Positions 62,101 to 64,000 of a DNA stretch of 64,000 bases are shown here, piece by piece. Origin of the DNA: Dehalococcoidia bacterium (GTDB taxonomy: Bacteria; Chloroflexota; Dehalococcoidia; Plut-88900); NCBI GenBank assembly GCA_965197585.1, contig OZ240215.1, positions 416,001-480,000 on the forward strand, written 5' to 3'. The position numbers and the translations under genes were made by a program. The notes below the pieces were generated by a model that saw only the letters and a program-made list of their open reading frames with translations, searched no databases and had not been told where the DNA came from. Each line of letters starts with the position of its first letter. Position 1 is the stretch's first letter.

Positions 62101-64000
62101 CCCGGCGACCGGGGCAGGACGATCAAGGTCAGGGTGTCCTTCACCGACGGCGCCGGCAACGATGAGTCGCTGACCAGCGAGCCGACGGGCCGGATCGGGG
62201 CCTCGGGCATCTGCGACCGGACGCCTTCGGTGATGGCGGCTATCGTCGCCGGGATGCCCGGCGTCGGCGACTGCTCGGAGGTTTCCGAGACGAGGCTCAG
62301 GACGTGGACCGGCTCCCAGCACTTCGGCCCCGACGTCACGCCCGGGCTGTACCTGCAGGGGAGAGGACTGTCGGCCCTGCAGGCCGGGGATTTCCGGGAC
62401 CTGCACGCGCTGCGCGCCCTGGACCTGAACAGAAACTTCCTCCAGACGGTCCCGGATGGACTCTTCGATGACCTCCGGGCGGTGGAGGAGCTGTATCTGT
62501 CGGGAAACTTCATTGACGAACTGCCTGACGGGACGTTCGCCGGCCAAACCGCGAATCTGAGCGTTCTGGACCTGTCGGCGAACGGCCTGGAGACGCTGCC
62601 GGACGGCGTGCTGCGAGACCTGGCCGGACTCGTCTCGCTGTCGCTCGCGGGCAACGGGCTCGTGCACCTCCCGGGCGGACTTTTCGACGACCTGGCTAGG
62701 CTCGAAGTTCTGGACCTGTCCGCCAACTCGATAGACGAGCTGCCGGAAGAGGTGTTCGGCGGTCTCGGCGACCTGCAGAGTCTTTCCCTCGCGGGGAACG
62801 ACCTGAAGAGCCTGCCGGAGGACGTGTTCGCCGACCTCGGGAGCCTCGGAGAGCTGGACCTTTCGGGAAACGAGCTCAAGAACCTGCCCGTCGGCGTCTT
62901 CGAAGGTCTGTCGGGGCTGACGGACCTCGACGCAGGCGACAATCCGGGCGCACCTTTCACGTTCACCGCAGAGCTGGAGCGTCGGGGAGACGATACGGTC
63001 ATGGTCCGATTGGGCGAAGGCGCGACGCCGTTTGATCTTCAGATCGAACTGTCGGCCCGTAACGGAGATCTGTCCGCCGAGACCGTCACCATCGCATCAG
63101 GCAGTTCATATTCGAACGTTGTGGAGGTTCGTCCGCACGGGCATCATCTCGTCACAGTGGAAATCGACTCAGTTGCTTTCCTGGTGCCTGCAGGAGGCTC
63201 CACGTCGGGAATCCGCGCCGACCGCGGCAGTGACATGCATTTGTGGGTCGGCAGACCATTGGTTCAAAGGGAATGGATCCAGGACGAAGATTTTGCTCTG
63301 CATCCGGAGAACGCGGACCCGAAGAGCATATGGTCGGACGGCGAAACGCTGTGGGTCGGCGACGATGCCGCTGCCAAGGTGTTCGCCTACAAGCTGTGGG
63401 ACGACCCCGGCACCGAGGCCAGCGAGTACGGGACCCGAGACCCCGGCAGGGACGTTCCGAGCCTCGGCGAGGAGGACTTCTACGTCACCGGCCACGGCCT
63501 CCGATTGTACGTCGCCGAAGAGTCCCTTGACGGCGCCAGCCGGGACGTATTCGGCTACGACCTGACGAGTTTCACGCGCGCGGAAGATCGGGACTTCGTC
63601 TACGGGGGCTTGAACGTCGCCGGGGGAGTGTTCATCGTGCGCGGCACGGCGACGGACGGCCGTCACCTGTGGATCACCAACACCACGTCGCACGCGCACG
63701 CCTTCCGTCTGTTCGACGACCCTGAGACGCCGGAGGACGAATACGGGAGGCCGGACACGTCCCGGAAGCTGACGATGCCCGGCTCGGGCCAGCTGAGCGG
63801 CCTGTTCACCGACGGACGGACGATGTGGGGCGTCAGGTTCGCCTCGAACGACGCCTCGGTGCGGAGCGTGAAACTGTCCGACGGGACCGAGGCGGGGTAC
63901 GACTTTCCGCTCCACGAGGACAACGACCACGCCTCCGGCATCTGGTCGAACGGGGAGACCTTCTACGTCGTCGACGCCGCCGACGACATGATCTACACCT
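56188..64000 (+). CDS. giant exported protein (>2600 aa, runs off the window): dikinase-like module, Ig-like repeats, beta-propeller repeats and LRRs
   Basis: One open frame from ATG 56188. Signal peptide ending ASA-Q. TPLSHVNLRA (His at 57325), GVKAAN, RSSTNNEDLPGFSGAGLYDS, EIEF and QARP. Nine PATGAPTIxGT units, GIWSDGTTMWV repeats and an LRR block. Confidence 0.9.
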   Translation, partial: MTLPSRRALLTLLILPGLLALFALYLVIPWSTASAQQASQEGTCPGADSAPTPTVVEVGAVPIVVESTTDEYFVLYVRHDLDADTTFEVPVGVTLGQDGATTLTESLEALPKERYRVEKYLVSDPADVDGDCTDDITELADPVGMNPVNPVPAMSFDDGAAAIPNRETYVSLAYKGDSGIDSHLRNLEAVKFHMVDMNTDRPSVYFMNTKTYRRHDDFQAAVGLEVNPLHGHETMVAEMVYHPKAVAPDGSLGVYRFQFGANDVYSFKEISYAFTVLAASMPLLEENLAYYPMWSKAVARYHEDQSLYDDSRVDVLLAEDIAFDLDFISLNPGEGFGFLRVMSLEERPNPRDIVIYETLPNDLSRVAGIITTVPQTPLSHVNLRAVQDGVPNSFIRDALEDGDIDGLIGSYVQYLVGSSGYFLRAATPEEVDAHYKASRPSETQTPERDLTVTEITALSDIEFDDWNAFGVKAANVAVLRTLGFPDGTVPDGYAVPFYFYDEFMKHNEFYDDVEEMLADSDFQSDFETQEKELKKLRKKIKKGETPEWIIAALTEMHSKYPEGQSLRYRSSTNNEDLPGFSGAGLYDSKTQHPDETEEDGIAKSLKQVYASLWNFRAFTERDFYRVDHLAAAMGVLVHPNYSDELANGVAVSFDPIRMRYGNYYVNTQLGEDLVTNPDAHSAPEEILLHQGGEYTVLATSNQMQRGQLLMSDAQMDQLRRHLELIHDEFAKLYGIEGDEPFAMEIEFKITSDDILSIKQARPWVFGDDVPSENDPATGAPTISGTVQVDETLTADISGIADADGLTSLLYGSLYSYQWIRNDGTTETDIEDAANSTYTLSDADVGKTIRVRVSFTDDRGYEETLTSTATTAVTRPNSPATGAPTISGTAQVGETLTADISGIADADGLTSLLYGSLYSYQWIRNDGTTETDIENATSSTYTLSDADVGKTIKVRVSFTDDWGHEENLVSAATTAVQPRPNSPATGAPTISGTAQVDETLTADISGIADADGLNSVSYSYHWIANDGTTDTDILGATSSTYTLSDDDVGKTIKVWVSFTDDWGHEENLVSAATTAVQPRPNSPATGAPTISGTAQVGGTLTADVSGITDADGLTNASYIYQWIANYGTTDTDISGQTGSTYTLVSADVGKTIKVRVGFTDDANNSETLTSEATATVPTADEWWADMLVVDYGTGAIGAASADLFSNSGGNAGLEAKWLWYYSPERKLRLAFTDNVPNVIDLTLLVGDVALALQGGDATFTWEDVDVDWEDGQTLTTRIVRDWTSAVVALNSPATGLPTIIGTAQAGETLTADGSGINDEDGLTSVSYSYQWISNDGTTDTDIQDATDSTHTLTDDDAGKTIKVRVSFTDDADHEETLTSGATGVVAAKPNSPAAGAPTIIGTAQAGETLTADVSSIADVDGLTNVSYSYQWIRSDNGTDADIGGQTASTYTLSDEDEGKAIKVKVSFTDDADHEETLTSAATGVVAAKPNSPATGLPTIIGTAQAGETLTAYVSGVNDEDGLTSVSYNYQWIANDGNTDTDISGQTDSTYTLTDAAAGKTIKVRVSFTDDADHEETLTSAATGVVAAKPNSPATGAPTIGGTPQVGGTLSADTSGISDDDGLTNVSYSYQWLSGGSDIAGATGSSYTLKDVQKGQTIQVRVSFRDDADNDETLTSDTTATVVGPPLTVGSDFTLDAANGYPTGIWSDGTTMWVADFEDAKLYAYRMSDRSRDSGKDFTLDAANGSPVGIWSDGTTMWASDFADGKLYAYRMSDRSRDSGKDFNTLSAAGNLFPEGIWSDGTTMWVADTGNDTVFAYDLSTRAWDFEKDITLGPGHGSPMGVWSNGSTMWVSDWRDAKLYAYRMSDRSRDAGKDFALDADDESYEGIWSAGSTMWVASRDDAKLYAYDWNNPATGAPTIIGRVRVDETLTGGTRSIADADGLDAAIFEYQWVSNGGNADTDIAGATDSTYTIVPGDRGRTIKVRVSFTDGAGNDESLTSEPTGRIGASGICDRTPSVMAAIVAGMPGVGDCSEVSETRLRTWTGSQHFGPDVTPGLYLQGRGLSALQAGDFRDLHALRALDLNRNFLQTVPDGLFDDLRAVEELYLSGNFIDELPDGTFAGQTANLSVLDLSANGLETLPDGVLRDLAGLVSLSLAGNGLVHLPGGLFDDLARLEVLDLSANSIDELPEEVFGGLGDLQSLSLAGNDLKSLPEDVFADLGSLGELDLSGNELKNLPVGVFEGLSGLTDLDAGDNPGAPFTFTAELERRGDDTVMVRLGEGATPFDLQIELSARNGDLSAETVTIASGSSYSNVVEVRPHGHHLVTVEIDSVAFLVPAGGSTSGIRADRGSDMHLWVGRPLVQREWIQDEDFALHPENADPKSIWSDGETLWVGDDAAAKVFAYKLWDDPGTEASEYGTRDPGRDVPSLGEEDFYVTGHGLRLYVAEESLDGASRDVFGYDLTSFTRAEDRDFVYGGLNVAGGVFIVRGTATDGRHLWITNTTSHAHAFRLFDDPETPEDEYGRPDTSRKLTMPGSGQLSGLFTDGRTMWGVRFASNDASVRSVKLSDGTEAGYDFPLHEDNDHASGIWSNGETFYVVDAADDMIYT
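58510..61230 (+). repeat. ~300-bp intragenic repeats encoding Ig-like domains
   Basis: Units start near 58510, 58819, 59131, 59431, 60058, 60358, 60658 and 60958; a ninth lies near 61915. Confidence 0.9.

Larger units (their letters stand above)
30573..64000. mobile_element. composite genomic island downstream of tRNA-Ser (right end not seen)
   Basis: Integrase and AlpA directly after the tRNA, followed by repressor, defence and surface-protein cargo. No duplicated tRNA-Ser 3' end was spotted in the window. Confidence 0.6.

Noticed and set aside
56332-63930. Long minus-strand ORFs (914, 406, 428, 304 and 253 aa)
   Set aside because: Antisense shadows of the GC-rich giant plus-strand gene; no recognisable motifs.

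Overview
Bacterial window, GC-rich. Gene content points by inference to Chloroflexota/Dehalococcoidia (SAR202-like), possibly host-associated. A short core stretch lies between tRNA-Arg(CCG) and tRNA-Ser(CGA): cation:proton antiporter, glmU, CBS/CorC protein, amidohydrolase and FAD oxidoreductase. Two tRNA-anchored genomic islands flank it. The left island (~10.5-23.2 kb) is bounded by a duplicated tRNA-Arg 3' end. It carries a P4-type integrase, a decayed tRNA-Val copy, an LRR lipoprotein, a sensor kinase and a LexA-boxed imuB-dnaE2-SRAP cassette. The right island (30.6 kb to beyond the window) carries an integrase, AlpA, an IrrE/ImmA-XRE module, a broken Type I RM locus with embedded TIR and MNT-HEPN genes, a 1741-aa STAND NTPase, a second two-component pair, and LRR and Cache proteins. 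It ends in a >2600-aa exported protein that the ORF track misses because it has no stop in the window. That protein fuses a dikinase-like module (phospho-His plus ATP-grasp) to Ig-like, propeller and LRR repeats. Non-coding highlights: a family of dyad att-like sites that brackets the STAND gene and recurs in the other island, and a ~136-bp element duplicated upstream of two surface-protein genes. Left of the islands are an MMPL transporter, a head-to-head P450/Rieske pseudogene pair, a DEAD-box helicase and typA. All calls come from motif reading only; no database searches were run.
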